A stretch of DNA of 64,000 bases from an uncultured archaeon. Lineage in GTDB: Archaea; Asgardarchaeota; Lokiarchaeia; Sigyniarchaeales; SOKP01. The DNA is taken from assembly GCA_964525635.1 (NCBI GenBank), contig CAZGJX010000003.1, positions 1 to 64,000 of the forward strand, given 5' to 3'. Each line of letters opens with the position of its first letter. The first letter of the stretch is position 1. A model generated the notes under the pieces. The model made no database searches. It was not told the origin of the DNA and was given only the letters and a program-made list of their open reading frames with translations. Positions 19,795 to 32,057 of this stretch are shown here, one piece after another. A program made the translations under genes and the position numbers.

Positions 19795-22002
19795 ATGTCT
19801 GATAATAAAATTAAACAATATGAATATTATATTTCATATGGTAAATACCAAGAAGCACTCGAAATACTCAACTCAATTAAAGAAGAAAGAACTTTATCAG
19901 AAGATGAAACATTTTTAGTGCAATATTTGCATATTTTTATTTGTCTTGATAAAGGGGAATTTCAAAAAGGACGAGAACTCGCTGATGAGATGATAAAAGA
20001 ATGTAAGGAAAAAAATAATATTTTGCGGGAGTTAGATGCCCTTTTAGGAAAAATCGAAAATAGCATATGTTTAGGATTATTAGATGAGTCTTTTGATTTA
20101 ATACATATTGGAGAAATTTTACTAAACAAAATAAAATCTCCTTCATCTAATATTTCAAAACAAAAAGAAGGATATTTTGAGTTTTTAAAAGGACGTATTT
20201 ATGCTGAAAAATATGAATTATTTACGGCAATAGAACATTTTCAAAAAAGCTATGAATTAAGAAAAGAGGTTGAGGATAAAGCAGGATTAATTTTCTCTTT
20301 ATTAAATTTGGGGGTATCAAATGGTAGTATCGGTAATTTCAGAGACGCTAGAAAATACTCTAAACAAAGTCTAGTTATAGCAGAAGAATTAGATGTAGAA
20401 GTAGGAATTATTTGGAATTTAATTAATTTGGGTGGTGTTGAATATCATTTAAGAAATTTAGATGATGCTATTTCATTTGCAGAAAAATGTTTAAAGATTT
20501 GTGAACCAAAAGATTATAAACATTCATCTACCTTATGCTATGATATTATTGGACATAGTTTATTTGAAAAAGGAGATTTGGATCAAGCATTACAATATTT
20601 TAAAAAGAGTTTAGATTATAGATTAAAAACGGGTTATATGAATTTAATAGCTCAATCTTATTTTAGTATAGGTAATGTTTATAATCAAAAGGGAGAGCTT
20701 AAACGGAGTTTAGAATATTATAATAAAATACTTAAAATACCGGAGGTTCAAGAAGATCAGAGATCTAAACCAGCATATTTAACCTCAATTGGAAAAATCT
20801 ATGGTGAATTAGGTGATTTCACTACAGCTAAACGATATTTACTAGAAGCATTAGATTTACTAAAGGACATAAAAGTACATATTTTTTATTTCCTAAATTT
20901 CAAAGTATCATTAGCTAAAATATATCATTATTTAATAGATTTTGCGGTAAATAATAATGAATTTGATAATTTAGATCGCTATTTAACGGAATTAAAAGAA
21001 CTCAGTAATAAATATACAGATTTAAAGCAAATTGAACAATTATATCGGTTAAATAAAGCAATAATTTTAAAATCAAGTGATCGTTTAATGGATAAAATGG
21101 AAGCAGGATCTATCTTTAAGGGAATTGCTGAGGAAGAAATCCTTGATCATGAAATCACTATTGAAGCAATGACGAATCTATGTGATGTTTTACTAAGTGA
21201 ACTTGAATTAACGGGAGACAAAAGAATTCTTGGAGAAATAGAAGATTTATCAGACAAATTATTATTTATCTCAAAAAATCAATATTTATATGATGTATTA
21301 GCAGAAACATATTTCTTTAAAGCAAAAATATCCTTGCTCCATTTAGATATCAATAATACACGTTTATTATTGACAAAGGCTCAAAATACTGCTAATAAAT
21401 ATGGTCTATGGCATTTAGCTAATAAAATTTCAAATGAACATGATACTTTATTAACTCATTTGGATGAGTGGGAACAGAAAATTAAGGAAAACATTCCATT
21501 ACAAGAAAGACTTGATAATGTTAGTCATGAATTTTTATTTTCAAAAATGGTTCGATCTAATATTAATGAGGTAGAGGAAGAGACTGATCTTCCAGTATAT
21601 CTCTTAGTTCTAAATGCACATAATGGAGAATGTTTATTTAGTAAATCTTTTCAAGATAGTGAGATTGATGACAGTGAGCTTATTGCAGGATTTATTTCAG
21701 CGATCAATTTATTTGGGAAAGAAGCTTTTGCTTCGTCAGGTTCTATTGATCGTATTAAGCATGGAGAACATTTAATAATTCTTCAATCAAGAGAGGCTTT
21801 TCTATTTGGTTATGTATTTAAAGGACAATCATATACTGCAATTTCTAAATTAAATAATTTTATAGACATTTTAGCTATTTCTACAAATAATTTTAAAAAT
21901 CTATTAGAATCGATTCAACATAACCAAGAGATAACTCACGAAATTCTATCAGTTATTAATCAACTCATTCAAAGAATTTTCATGCTTAATAAGGTTTTCT
22001 AA
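19795..22002 (+). CDS. TPR-repeat protein with C-terminal longin-like domain, copy 1
   Basis: About 40-aa TPR-like repeats; C-terminal LIAGFISAINLFGKE...IDRIKHG...FGYVFKG. Confidence 0.9.
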   Translation: MSDNKIKQYEYYISYGKYQEALEILNSIKEERTLSEDETFLVQYLHIFICLDKGEFQKGRELADEMIKECKEKNNILRELDALLGKIENSICLGLLDESFDLIHIGEILLNKIKSPSSNISKQKEGYFEFLKGRIYAEKYELFTAIEHFQKSYELRKEVEDKAGLIFSLLNLGVSNGSIGNFRDARKYSKQSLVIAEELDVEVGIIWNLINLGGVEYHLRNLDDAISFAEKCLKICEPKDYKHSSTLCYDIIGHSLFEKGDLDQALQYFKKSLDYRLKTGYMNLIAQSYFSIGNVYNQKGELKRSLEYYNKILKIPEVQEDQRSKPAYLTSIGKIYGELGDFTTAKRYLLEALDLLKDIKVHIFYFLNFKVSLAKIYHYLIDFAVNNNEFDNLDRYLTELKELSNKYTDLKQIEQLYRLNKAIILKSSDRLMDKMEAGSIFKGIAEEEILDHEITIEAMTNLCDVLLSELELTGDKRILGEIEDLSDKLLFISKNQYLYDVLAETYFFKAKISLLHLDINNTRLLLTKAQNTANKYGLWHLANKISNEHDTLLTHLDEWEQKIKENIPLQERLDNVSHEFLFSKMVRSNINEVEEETDLPVYLLVLNAHNGECLFSKSFQDSEIDDSELIAGFISAINLFGKEAFASSGSIDRIKHGEHLIILQSREAFLFGYVFKGQSYTAISKLNNFIDILAISTNNFKNLLESIQHNQEITHEILSVINQLIQRIFMLNKVF

Positions 22003-22172
22003 TATATTTCATATAAATTTATACTTAACTACCTTATCAATTATAAAATTTCATGTAAAATAATTTTACATTTATTTTAAGTTAAGAATATATTCTTAAA
22101 TTATAATATATTATCAATTTTAGATTCCAAGATGTAAATTGTATAATTATTAATATTTAAGAAAAAAAAATA

Positions 22173-24401
22173 ATGTCTGATAATCAGTTTAATCAAATTA
22201 ATCACTTTATTTCAAATGGTAAATTTCAACAAGCATTAGAAATTATTAATTCAAATAAGAAAAAGCGGATATTACCAGAGGATGGGTCCTTGTTGAAAAT
22301 GTATATAGAGATCTTTATCCATCTAGATAAAGGAGATTTTAAAAAGGGATCTAAAATTGCCGATGAAATGATAAGTGAGAGTCAAAAAAAAGAGAATTTT
22401 TTGCGAAAAATTGATGCTATTACGGGTAAAATCGAAAATATTATAAATTTAGGATTATATCAAGAATGTTTTAACTTAATTAAATATGGAAAATCCATTT
22501 TAAAGAATTTAAAAAATGTTTCAATGGAAAAAATAAAGGAAAAAGAAGCATATTTAATTTTTCTTAAGGGAAGAATTTATGCAGAACAATTTGATGTAAA
22601 TCAGGCATTAAAATTATTCCAACAAAGTGTTGAAATTAGAAGAGAAATTAATGATAAAACAGGTTTGATATTTTCTCTATTAAATTTGGGAAGAGCAAAT
22701 GGTAGTATTGGAAATCTTGATATTGCTAGAAAATATTTTAAGGAAAGTTTAGCTATTGCAGAAGAATTGGATAATGAAGTTGGAATATTATGGAATTTGA
22801 TTGATTTAGGAGGAATAGAATATCATTTAAGGAATTTAGAGAGATCGATATCCTATGCAAAAAGATGTCTTTTAATTAGTGAAGTGAAAGGCTATAAAAA
22901 AACTAATGCATTTTGTTATGACATTATAGGTCATTGTCACAATTCCAAGGGAGAATTGAATGAATCATTAATCTACTTTCAAAAAAGCTTAGATCTAAGG
23001 ATAGAAATAGGATATAATAACTTGATAGCTCAATCTTATTTTAGTATAGGTAATGTTTATAGTCAAAAAGGAGAGCTTCAGCGCAGTTTAGCATATTATG
23101 ATAAAATTTTAGAAATACCAGATATTAAGAAAGATCAGGTCTCTAAACCAGCTTATTTAACAACAATTGGTAAAATCCATGGAGATCTAGGTAATTTCTT
23201 CAAAGCAAAGAAATATCTTTTGGAAGCTTTAGATTTATTAAAAGAGAAAAATGTTCAAATATTCTATTTCTTAAATTTTAAAGTTTCTATCGCTAAAATC
23301 TATCATTATCTAATAACTATTTCCATAAATAATAAAGAATTCAAATCCTTGAATGAATATTTAGAAGAATTGTATTACATTAAAACAAAATATAAACAAC
23401 TCAAACAAATTGAACAATTATATAGACTAGATAAAGCGATAATTCTGATGTCAAGTGACCGTTTAATGGATAAAATGGGTGCCGAAACTATTCTTAAGGA
23501 GATTACTGAGCAAGAGATAATCGATTATGAAATTACAATAGAATCAATGAAGCATTTATGTGAAATGTTAATATATGAATTAGAATTAACTGGAGATGAA
23601 AAAATTATCCAAGAAATAGATATTCTTTCCGATAAATTAATTAATGTTTCTCAATCTCAATACTTATATGATCTTTCGGCAGAAACTTATTTATTTAAAG
23701 CTAAGATATCATTATTGCTTTTAGATCTTAATAGTGCAAGATTATTATTAACAATGGCTCAAAAGACTGCAAATATACATGGATTAAAAAGATTAGCATC
23801 TAAAATATCGAATGAACATGATTCATTATTAGCACATATGGAAGAGTGGGAAGAAAAAATAAAACAAAACATTCCATTAAGGGAAAGGTTGAAGACTAAT
23901 AGAAAAGAATTTCTATTTTCAGAGATGGTTAGATATAAATTCAAACAATTACCACATGAAGTTGATAATCCAGTTTATATTGTTATTTTAAGTCCTTATG
24001 ATGGTCATTGTCTTTATAGTAGAGCATTCAAAGATATAAGTCTTGATGATGGAGATCTTATCTCAGGTTTTATTTCAGCAATTAATATATTTGGGAAAGA
24101 AGCTTTTTCTTCTTCGGGTTCGATTGATCGAATAAAGCATGGTGATTATTTGATAGTCTTTCAATCCAAAGAACGAATTTTATTTGGATATGTATTTAAA
24201 GGAAACTCTTATTCAGCAATTTCTAAATTAAGGAATTTTATTGAAATAATTTCGACTTTTAAAAATCTGTCTGAAATATTTAATTTTTCATTGCTTAGCC
24301 ATAGTGAAATTTCAAAAGAAACTAAATTTACAGTTAATCAATTGGTTGATAAGATTTTTCTAACAAATGAAAAATTACTTTTGAACAATGATAATGACTA
24401 A
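22173..24401 (+). CDS. TPR + longin-like protein, copy 2
   Basis: Full-length paralogue of copy 1. Confidence 0.9.
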   Translation: MSDNQFNQINHFISNGKFQQALEIINSNKKKRILPEDGSLLKMYIEIFIHLDKGDFKKGSKIADEMISESQKKENFLRKIDAITGKIENIINLGLYQECFNLIKYGKSILKNLKNVSMEKIKEKEAYLIFLKGRIYAEQFDVNQALKLFQQSVEIRREINDKTGLIFSLLNLGRANGSIGNLDIARKYFKESLAIAEELDNEVGILWNLIDLGGIEYHLRNLERSISYAKRCLLISEVKGYKKTNAFCYDIIGHCHNSKGELNESLIYFQKSLDLRIEIGYNNLIAQSYFSIGNVYSQKGELQRSLAYYDKILEIPDIKKDQVSKPAYLTTIGKIHGDLGNFFKAKKYLLEALDLLKEKNVQIFYFLNFKVSIAKIYHYLITISINNKEFKSLNEYLEELYYIKTKYKQLKQIEQLYRLDKAIILMSSDRLMDKMGAETILKEITEQEIIDYEITIESMKHLCEMLIYELELTGDEKIIQEIDILSDKLINVSQSQYLYDLSAETYLFKAKISLLLLDLNSARLLLTMAQKTANIHGLKRLASKISNEHDSLLAHMEEWEEKIKQNIPLRERLKTNRKEFLFSEMVRYKFKQLPHEVDNPVYIVILSPYDGHCLYSRAFKDISLDDGDLISGFISAINIFGKEAFSSSGSIDRIKHGDYLIVFQSKERILFGYVFKGNSYSAISKLRNFIEIISTFKNLSEIFNFSLLSHSEISKETKFTVNQLVDKIFLTNEKLLLNNDND

Positions 24402-24601
24402 ATAATAATAATCCTAAAATTGTAAAGATTTATAAAGAAAAATGAATAAATAATTAACTTTTTCCTAAATTACTCTACATAAACATAATTTTATATAATC
24501 AAAAAAAAATATATAATCATAATAAAATTAATAATAGGTTTATTAAATCTGAATCTAAAACTTATTATTTTCTTTAAGAGAATTATTAATAAAAGAATCT
24601 T

Positions 24602-26809
24602 ATGGTAAATAACCAATATAATCAAATAGAATTCTTAATTTCAATTGGCAAATATTCTCAAGTCCTAGAATTATTTAAATCTCTTGAAATAACAAGAACA
24701 TTATCAGATGATGAATCCTTGCTTAAAATGTATGTTCAGGTCTTTATTTATCTTGATAAAGGAGATTTTCAAAAAGGGGTGGATTTAGCTGATAAGATGA
24801 TAAAACAAAGTAAAAATCAAAATAATTCTTTACGTGAAATTGATGCTATTCTTGGTAAAATTGAAAATAGCATTTGTTTAGGATTATTTAATGAATCTTT
24901 TGATTTAATAAATAATGGAGAAATTCTATTGAAAAAATTAAACAATCAATCATCTGAAAGTATAAAAAAAAGAGATGCTTATCTGAAATTTTTAAAGGGT
25001 CGAATTTATAATGAAAAATATGATATGTTTAATGCGGTAGAATATTTCGAAAAAAGCTACGTATTAAGAAAAGAAATTGGTGATAAATTTGGATTAATCT
25101 TTTCTTTATTGAATTTAGGAGTAACTACAGGTAGTATTGGAAACATGAAAGAAAATAGAGAATATTCTAAACAAAGTTTATCTCTAGCAGAAGAACTGAA
25201 AGTTGAAATGGGCGTTATTTGGAATTTAATTAATCTAGGGGGAATTGCATATCATTTAAGAGATCTAAATGATGCGGTCTCATACGCAGAGAGATGTCTT
25301 AGAATTTGTGAGCCAAAAGAATATAAACATTCATGTACATTATGTTATGATATTATTGGACATAGTTTATTTGAAAAAGGGGATTTAGACAAAGCATTAC
25401 AATACTTTAAAAAGAGTTTAGATTATAGATTAAAAACAGGATTTAAAAATTTAATCGCTCAATCATATTATAATATTGGAAGGATCTATAATCAAAAGGG
25501 TGAACTTCAACGCAGTCTAGAATACTTAAATAAGATTTTTAAAATACCTGAGGTTCAAGAAGACCAAAGATCCAGACCCGCTTATTTAACATCTATAGGT
25601 AAGATTTATGGAGAATTAGGTGATTTTACAACTGCTAAGAAATATTTATTTGAAGCTTTGGATTTATTAAAAGATGTTAAAGTTCATATTTTCTATTTCT
25701 TGAATTTTAAAGTAAATAAGTCTAAGATTTATCATTATTTAATACAATTCTCTATAAATAATAATGAATTTGATAAATTAGATCATTATTTAAATGAATT
25801 ATTTCAATTGAGTAAAGAGAATCCGGAATTAAAACAGATCGAACAATTATATCGACTAAATAAAGCAATCATCTTAAAATCAAGTAATCGTTTAATGGAT
25901 AAAATGGAAGCAGGTATTATTTTTAGGGAAATTGCTGAAGAAGAAATTCTTGATCATGGAATTACTGTTGAAGCTATGACAAATTTATGTGACGTTTTAA
26001 TAAAGGAATTAGAATTAACTGGAGAAAAGAATATACTAGAGGTTATTGAAGAATTATCAGATGAATTACTTTCATTATCTAAAAATCAACATCTACATCA
26101 TGTATTAGCAGAAACATATTTTTTTAAAGCAAAATTGTCTCTACTTCATTTAGATATAGAAAATACACGTTTATTTTTAACAAAAGCTCAAAATACTGCA
26201 AATAAGTATGGTTTATGGCGTTTAGCAAGTAAATTATCTGATGATCATGACTCTTTATTAGTGCATATGGATAAATGGGAGGAAAAGATTAAGCAAAACA
26301 TTCCTTTACAACAAAGACTTGGAAATATTAGTTACGATTTCTTATTCTCAAAAATGGTTAGAACTAATATAGATATGATATCTAAAGAATCGGAAATTCC
26401 CGTATATTTCCTAATTTTTGAAATGAATGTTAAAGAATGTATATATATTAAATCATTTCAGGATAAAAATGTTGATGATAAAAGCGTTTTAAAAAACTTT
26501 ATTTCATATATTAAAACCCTCAAGAAAGAAATATTTCGTTCTTCTGATTCTATTGACCGGTATAAACATGGAGATAATTTAATGATTATTAATTTAAAAG
26601 AAAATTTCATATTTGCATATGTTTTTAGAGGGAAATCTTATTTTGCAATCTCTAGATTTAACAATTTTATAGAAATATTGGAAATTTCTACAATTAATTT
26701 TAAAAAAATATCAACATCAATTCATAAAAATAACAATTTATCAGAAGAAGTTCTTCAAATTATTGACCAATTAGTTGAAAGAATTTTTATTTTAAATATA
26801 ATTATTTGA
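24602..26809 (+). CDS. TPR + longin-like protein, copy 3 (divergent C-terminal domain)
   Basis: Full-length paralogue; centre nearly identical to copy 1. Confidence 0.9.
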   Translation: MVNNQYNQIEFLISIGKYSQVLELFKSLEITRTLSDDESLLKMYVQVFIYLDKGDFQKGVDLADKMIKQSKNQNNSLREIDAILGKIENSICLGLFNESFDLINNGEILLKKLNNQSSESIKKRDAYLKFLKGRIYNEKYDMFNAVEYFEKSYVLRKEIGDKFGLIFSLLNLGVTTGSIGNMKENREYSKQSLSLAEELKVEMGVIWNLINLGGIAYHLRDLNDAVSYAERCLRICEPKEYKHSCTLCYDIIGHSLFEKGDLDKALQYFKKSLDYRLKTGFKNLIAQSYYNIGRIYNQKGELQRSLEYLNKIFKIPEVQEDQRSRPAYLTSIGKIYGELGDFTTAKKYLFEALDLLKDVKVHIFYFLNFKVNKSKIYHYLIQFSINNNEFDKLDHYLNELFQLSKENPELKQIEQLYRLNKAIILKSSNRLMDKMEAGIIFREIAEEEILDHGITVEAMTNLCDVLIKELELTGEKNILEVIEELSDELLSLSKNQHLHHVLAETYFFKAKLSLLHLDIENTRLFLTKAQNTANKYGLWRLASKLSDDHDSLLVHMDKWEEKIKQNIPLQQRLGNISYDFLFSKMVRTNIDMISKESEIPVYFLIFEMNVKECIYIKSFQDKNVDDKSVLKNFISYIKTLKKEIFRSSDSIDRYKHGDNLMIINLKENFIFAYVFRGKSYFAISRFNNFIEILEISTINFKKISTSIHKNNNLSEEVLQIIDQLVERIFILNIII

Positions 26810-27107
26810 TGAATTTCTTATTTTTTAAATATAGGAAATCAATTCTAAATTATATTTATATAAGGAAATCATAAATAACATATTATCTGAAAAATGGAAT
26901 CGACTAAATAATAAAATTCTTAAATATATATACAAACATTAAAAAAAAAAGAAAAATTAGAATTGAAGTTCTTGATTCCTATATATATCCAAAATTATAT
27001 ATATATTTAATAAGATTATTTAATCGTAGTTTAATGAAAAGTATCTTTAATAAATTCAATAATATAACAGGAAATTCATAATTAAAAATCTTCAAATTAA
27101 TACACTC

Positions 27108-29321
27108 ATGTCTAATAGTATATTTAATCAAATAGAACAACATATCTCTTTTGGAAAATATTCCCAAGCTTTGGAATTATTAAATTCAATTGAAAAAGAA
27201 AGATCTTTATCAGAAGAGGAATATTTATCAAAACAATATGTCGAAATCTTTATATTATTAGATAAAGGAGATTTTCAAAAGGGTTGCGACCTTGCTGATG
27301 AGATGATAAAAAATTGTAAAAAGCTAAAAAATGGTTTAAGAGAGATAGATGCTATTATTGCAAAGACCGAAAATAGTAATTGTTTAGGATTTTTTAAAGA
27401 ATCGCTTAAATCAATAGAGGAAGCGGAATTTATCCTCAAGAATTTAAAAAAAATATCACCAAATGTTAGAAAACAAAAACAAGCATATCTAATTTATCTA
27501 AAAGGAAGAATATTTCGAGATTCTCACAATGTTTTTGATGCTATTAAATTATTAAAAAAAAGTTATGAATTAAGAAAAGAAATAAATGATAAATTTGGAA
27601 TGATGTGGTCTTTATTAAATTGGGCCTCCATCATTACCGCCATTGGAAATTTTAAAAGTGCAGAAAGATATTTTAATGAAAGTCTGTCAATAGCAGAAGA
27701 ATTAGACATTGAGGAGGGAAGAATATGGAATTTAATTTATTTAGGATGGTTAAAGTACCATTTAAGAGACTTGAATACTGCAATTTCTTATGCTCAAAAA
27801 TCTCTCTCTATTTGTGAACCGCAGAATTATTATTATCCAATTACAAGATGTTATGATCTTATTGGACATTGTTTTCTAATAAAGGGAGATGTAAATAAAG
27901 CTCTTTCTTTCTTTCAAAAAAGTCTAGAGATAAGAATAAAAATAGGTTATAATAGCTATATTGCTCAGTCTTATTTCAGTATTGGAAAAGTATACAGTCA
28001 AAAAGGTGAACTAACGCAGAGTCTAGATTATTTTAATAAAACCTTGCAAATGTCTAAAATTGAAGATAGGCAAATGTCTAAACCAACTTATTTAAGTGCT
28101 GTGGGTAAAATTTATGGAGAATTAGGTGACTTCCCCACAGCTAAGAAATATTTGTTAGAAGCATTAGATTTGTTAAAAAAGAAACAAATGTTTTTATTTC
28201 AATTTTTAAATTTTAATGTATCTATAACAACAACTCTTCATTATTTGATTGTTCTCTCTATAAATAATAACGATCTTGAAAATATTGATGAGTATCTAAA
28301 TATGTTAGAATATTTATCTCAAAAATATCCTAAGGTTGAACTAATTAAACAAGTATTTCTTTTAGATAAAGGAATCACTTTAAAATCTAGTAATCGATTA
28401 ATGGATAAAGTGGAAGCAGGTGCTATCTTTAAAGAGATTATTGAAGAAAAAATAATTGATTATGAAATAACAATTGAAGCAATGACAAATCTTTATGAAG
28501 TATTAATGTATGAGTTAGAAATAACAGGTGATAATGAAATACTTGAAGATATAGAAAAACTTTCTGATAAAATGCTTGAAATTGCAAAATCCCAACAATT
28601 ATTCGCTTTGTTAGCGGAAACCTTCTTTTTAAAGGCAAAAATCTCATTATTACATTTAGAAATCCATAATGCACGGTTATTATTAACAAAAGCTCAAAAT
28701 ATAGCTAAAAAACATGGACTGAAAAGATTAGCAAATAAAATTTCAAATGAACATGATTCTCTTTTGTCTCATATAGATGAATGGGAAGAAAAAATTAAAA
28801 ATGATGTCCCTTTATCAGAAAGGATAAATGGTTCTAAATATGAATTCTTATTCTCAAAAATGGTTCGTTCTAAAATTGAAGAAATAGAATATGAAGCAGA
28901 AAATCCAGTTTATCTAATTATACTTAATCCCAACGATGGGCGATGTATATATAACCAATCATTCCAAAAGATCGGTATCGCTGATGCTAATCTTATCTCA
29001 AGTTTTATATCAGCAATTAATATTTTTGGAAAAACCACATTTTCATCTTCAGGATCAATAGATAGGATAAAACATGGAGACTATATGATAATTGTTCAAA
29101 TCAAAGACAATTTTTTATTTGCATATGTCTTTAAGGGAAAATCCTATTCTGCTGCATCTAGATTAAAGAAATTTATAAAATTTCTATCAAAACAAAAAAA
29201 GTTTCTTGAAAGTTTAAAATTATCTGTTAAAAATTTTACCACAATTTCAGATAGAGATTTTTCCAAGCTTAATAAATTAGTTAATGAGATCTTTATAATG
29301 AAAAAAAATATTCAGGAATAA
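27108..29321 (+). CDS. TPR + longin-like protein, copy 4
   Basis: Full-length paralogue. Confidence 0.9.
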   Translation: MSNSIFNQIEQHISFGKYSQALELLNSIEKERSLSEEEYLSKQYVEIFILLDKGDFQKGCDLADEMIKNCKKLKNGLREIDAIIAKTENSNCLGFFKESLKSIEEAEFILKNLKKISPNVRKQKQAYLIYLKGRIFRDSHNVFDAIKLLKKSYELRKEINDKFGMMWSLLNWASIITAIGNFKSAERYFNESLSIAEELDIEEGRIWNLIYLGWLKYHLRDLNTAISYAQKSLSICEPQNYYYPITRCYDLIGHCFLIKGDVNKALSFFQKSLEIRIKIGYNSYIAQSYFSIGKVYSQKGELTQSLDYFNKTLQMSKIEDRQMSKPTYLSAVGKIYGELGDFPTAKKYLLEALDLLKKKQMFLFQFLNFNVSITTTLHYLIVLSINNNDLENIDEYLNMLEYLSQKYPKVELIKQVFLLDKGITLKSSNRLMDKVEAGAIFKEIIEEKIIDYEITIEAMTNLYEVLMYELEITGDNEILEDIEKLSDKMLEIAKSQQLFALLAETFFLKAKISLLHLEIHNARLLLTKAQNIAKKHGLKRLANKISNEHDSLLSHIDEWEEKIKNDVPLSERINGSKYEFLFSKMVRSKIEEIEYEAENPVYLIILNPNDGRCIYNQSFQKIGIADANLISSFISAINIFGKTTFSSSGSIDRIKHGDYMIIVQIKDNFLFAYVFKGKSYSAASRLKKFIKFLSKQKKFLESLKLSVKNFTTISDRDFSKLNKLVNEIFIMKKNIQE

Positions 29322-29581
29322 ATCATATATAAGACTTCTAAATTCATAAAGAAACTGTAACTAATTCTTTATTTATATTTTTTCTCTTCACTATCCCAAA
29401 TTTTTATTCAAATCCAAGATTTTTTAAATACTATTTTAAATTAAATAATTGTATTTAAGTAAATATCAGTTTATAATTATCATCAAATAAAGGTAATATT
29501 TGTATACATTATTATGATTTTTAAGAAGATTAGAAAACTGAAGTTGGATTTTTATTAATTCTAATATTATAATTATAAATT

Positions 29582-31789
29582 ATGTCAAGTAAACAGCGTC
29601 AGGAAATAAATAATTATATTAGTTGTGGAAAATATATTGAAGCTTTAGAAATTATAAGTTCAATTGAGAAAGAGCGATCATTAGTAGACGATGAAATTTT
29701 ACTTAAAAATTATATTCAGATATTTAAATACATTGATGAAGGAGAATTTCAAAAAGGAATAGATTGTGCTGATGAATTAATAAAAGAAAGTAAAGAAAAA
29801 AGAAATTTCTTATATGAATTAGATGCGATTATAGGAAAAATAGAAAATATTATTAATTTGGGTTCAATTGAGGAGGCTCTTAAATTAATTAAAAATGGAG
29901 TAAAGTTATTAAGAAAAATCAAAGGAATTCCTATAATAGAATTAAAAAAAAGAGACGCTCATTTAATTTTCCTAAAGGGACGTATTTACCAGAATAGATT
30001 AGATCTTATTGAAACATTAGAGTTATATAAACAGAGTTTAGGAATAAGGAAAGAAATAGATGACAAATTTGGATTAATATGGTCTCAATTAAACTTAGGG
30101 ACACTAATGATAACCACAGGAGATTTTAAAGAAGCTGAAAAATATATAAATGGTAGTTTAGAGATAGCTAAGGAATTAAATAATAATGTTGGAATTATTT
30201 GGAATCTCATCAACTTAGGATGGATTAAATATCATAAAAGAGAGATAAAAAGTGCTTTATCTTTTATAAAAGAATGTTTTGAAATTAGTGAATTAAAAAA
30301 ATATAAATATCCTCTTACTTTATGTTATGATTTAACAGGTTCTTGTCACCTTGTTAAAGGTAATCTAAATAAAGCATTATTTTTCTTTCTAAAAAGTCTT
30401 TATATAAGAATAAAAATGAAAAATAATAATCTTATGATAATCTCTTATTATGATATTGGAAATGTTTATAGCCGAAAAGGTGAGCTCAAACGTAGTTTAG
30501 ATTATTATAATAAAGGTTTAAGTATTCCTATATATGATAAAAGAAAAATCTTTAAACCTACATATTTAAGTGTCATGGGTAAAATTTATGGACAACTCGG
30601 TGATTTTGCTACTGCTAAGACGTACTTATTGGAAGCATTAAATTTACTAAAAGATAAAAAAGTATTTATCTATCATCATTTAAATTTTTCATCTTCAATA
30701 ACTAAAACACTCCATTATTTGATTATACTATGCATGAATAATAATGAAATCGAAAGTGCAAATAATTATTTAGAGGAATTAAAAAAATTAAGTGTTGAAT
30801 ATCCAAGAATGAAACTAATTAAACAAGTATATAGATTAGATAGAGCAATCTTCTTAAAATCGAGCATTCGTTTAATGGATAAAATGGAATCTTGGACAAT
30901 TTTTAAAGGAATTATTGAAGATTCAGAAATTAATGATTATGAAATTACTATTGAAGCTATGACAAATTTATGTGAAATTCTGATATATGAATTAGAATTA
31001 ACAGGAGATAAAGATATTTTACAGGAAATAGAAGAACTTTCTGATAAATTACTTGAAATAGCAAAATCTCAGTATTTACATAACTTATTGGCAGAAACCT
31101 ATTTTTTTAAAGCAAAAATATCCTTATTAAATTTGGATATAGACAATACACGCTACTTATTAACAAAAGCTCTGAAAATAGCATTTAAATATGATCTGAA
31201 ACAATTAGCGAAAAAAATTTCAAATGAGCATGATTCATTATTGGTCCATTTGGATGAATGGGAAGAAAAAATTAAAAGAAAAATACCATTTTTGGAACGA
31301 ATTGAGAATATAAAACATGAATTTTTATTTTCAGCAACTGGAAGAGCTCAGATGGAAGATTTATCAATTCAAAATGATAATCCTATATATTTTGTAATTT
31401 TAAGTTCTTTCAATGGAAGATGCATATTTAGTAAAACATTTCAAGATATTAGTGTTAATGATGGTAATCTAATAGCTTCCTTTATTTCAGCTATTAACTT
31501 ATTTGGTAAGGAAGCATTTTCATCTTCGGGTACAATTGATAGAATTAAACATGGGGAATATCTAATAGTTCTTCAATCTAAAGAGGATTACATTTTTGGT
31601 TATGTATTTAAAGGACAATCATATTCAGCGATTTCAAAATTAGAGTCATTTATAGATCAATTAGAACAATTAACTGATAGTTTCAATATTTTAAATGTAT
31701 ATATAAAAAGTCATCGGGAAATCTCAATAGAAATTCGTTCTGATATTGAAAAGTTAGTTGATAAAGTACTGGTTTATAAAAGTAAATAA
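29582..31789 (+). CDS. TPR + longin-like protein, copy 5
   Basis: Full-length paralogue. Confidence 0.9.
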   Translation: MSSKQRQEINNYISCGKYIEALEIISSIEKERSLVDDEILLKNYIQIFKYIDEGEFQKGIDCADELIKESKEKRNFLYELDAIIGKIENIINLGSIEEALKLIKNGVKLLRKIKGIPIIELKKRDAHLIFLKGRIYQNRLDLIETLELYKQSLGIRKEIDDKFGLIWSQLNLGTLMITTGDFKEAEKYINGSLEIAKELNNNVGIIWNLINLGWIKYHKREIKSALSFIKECFEISELKKYKYPLTLCYDLTGSCHLVKGNLNKALFFFLKSLYIRIKMKNNNLMIISYYDIGNVYSRKGELKRSLDYYNKGLSIPIYDKRKIFKPTYLSVMGKIYGQLGDFATAKTYLLEALNLLKDKKVFIYHHLNFSSSITKTLHYLIILCMNNNEIESANNYLEELKKLSVEYPRMKLIKQVYRLDRAIFLKSSIRLMDKMESWTIFKGIIEDSEINDYEITIEAMTNLCEILIYELELTGDKDILQEIEELSDKLLEIAKSQYLHNLLAETYFFKAKISLLNLDIDNTRYLLTKALKIAFKYDLKQLAKKISNEHDSLLVHLDEWEEKIKRKIPFLERIENIKHEFLFSATGRAQMEDLSIQNDNPIYFVILSSFNGRCIFSKTFQDISVNDGNLIASFISAINLFGKEAFSSSGTIDRIKHGEYLIVLQSKEDYIFGYVFKGQSYSAISKLESFIDQLEQLTDSFNILNVYIKSHREISIEIRSDIEKLVDKVLVYKSK

Positions 31790-32057
31790 AAAATTAACAA
31801 ATAAGAATCTCTTTTTCATAATAAGTAGATCTGTAGTCAAAATGGAGAAATTATATGATATATTCAATCTCTAAATCTTATAAAAAATCTGAAATCCAAG
31901 ATTTTTTATAGTCTTTATTTGTTTATATAATCATAAGAACTAAAACTTGGTCAAACAAGTTCATTTATATAAGGTTTTTACATTCTTATCATTCAATAGC
32001 TATTTAATAAGAAATAACTTTAACACAATTTTTCATCGTTAAAAAAAAACACCAATA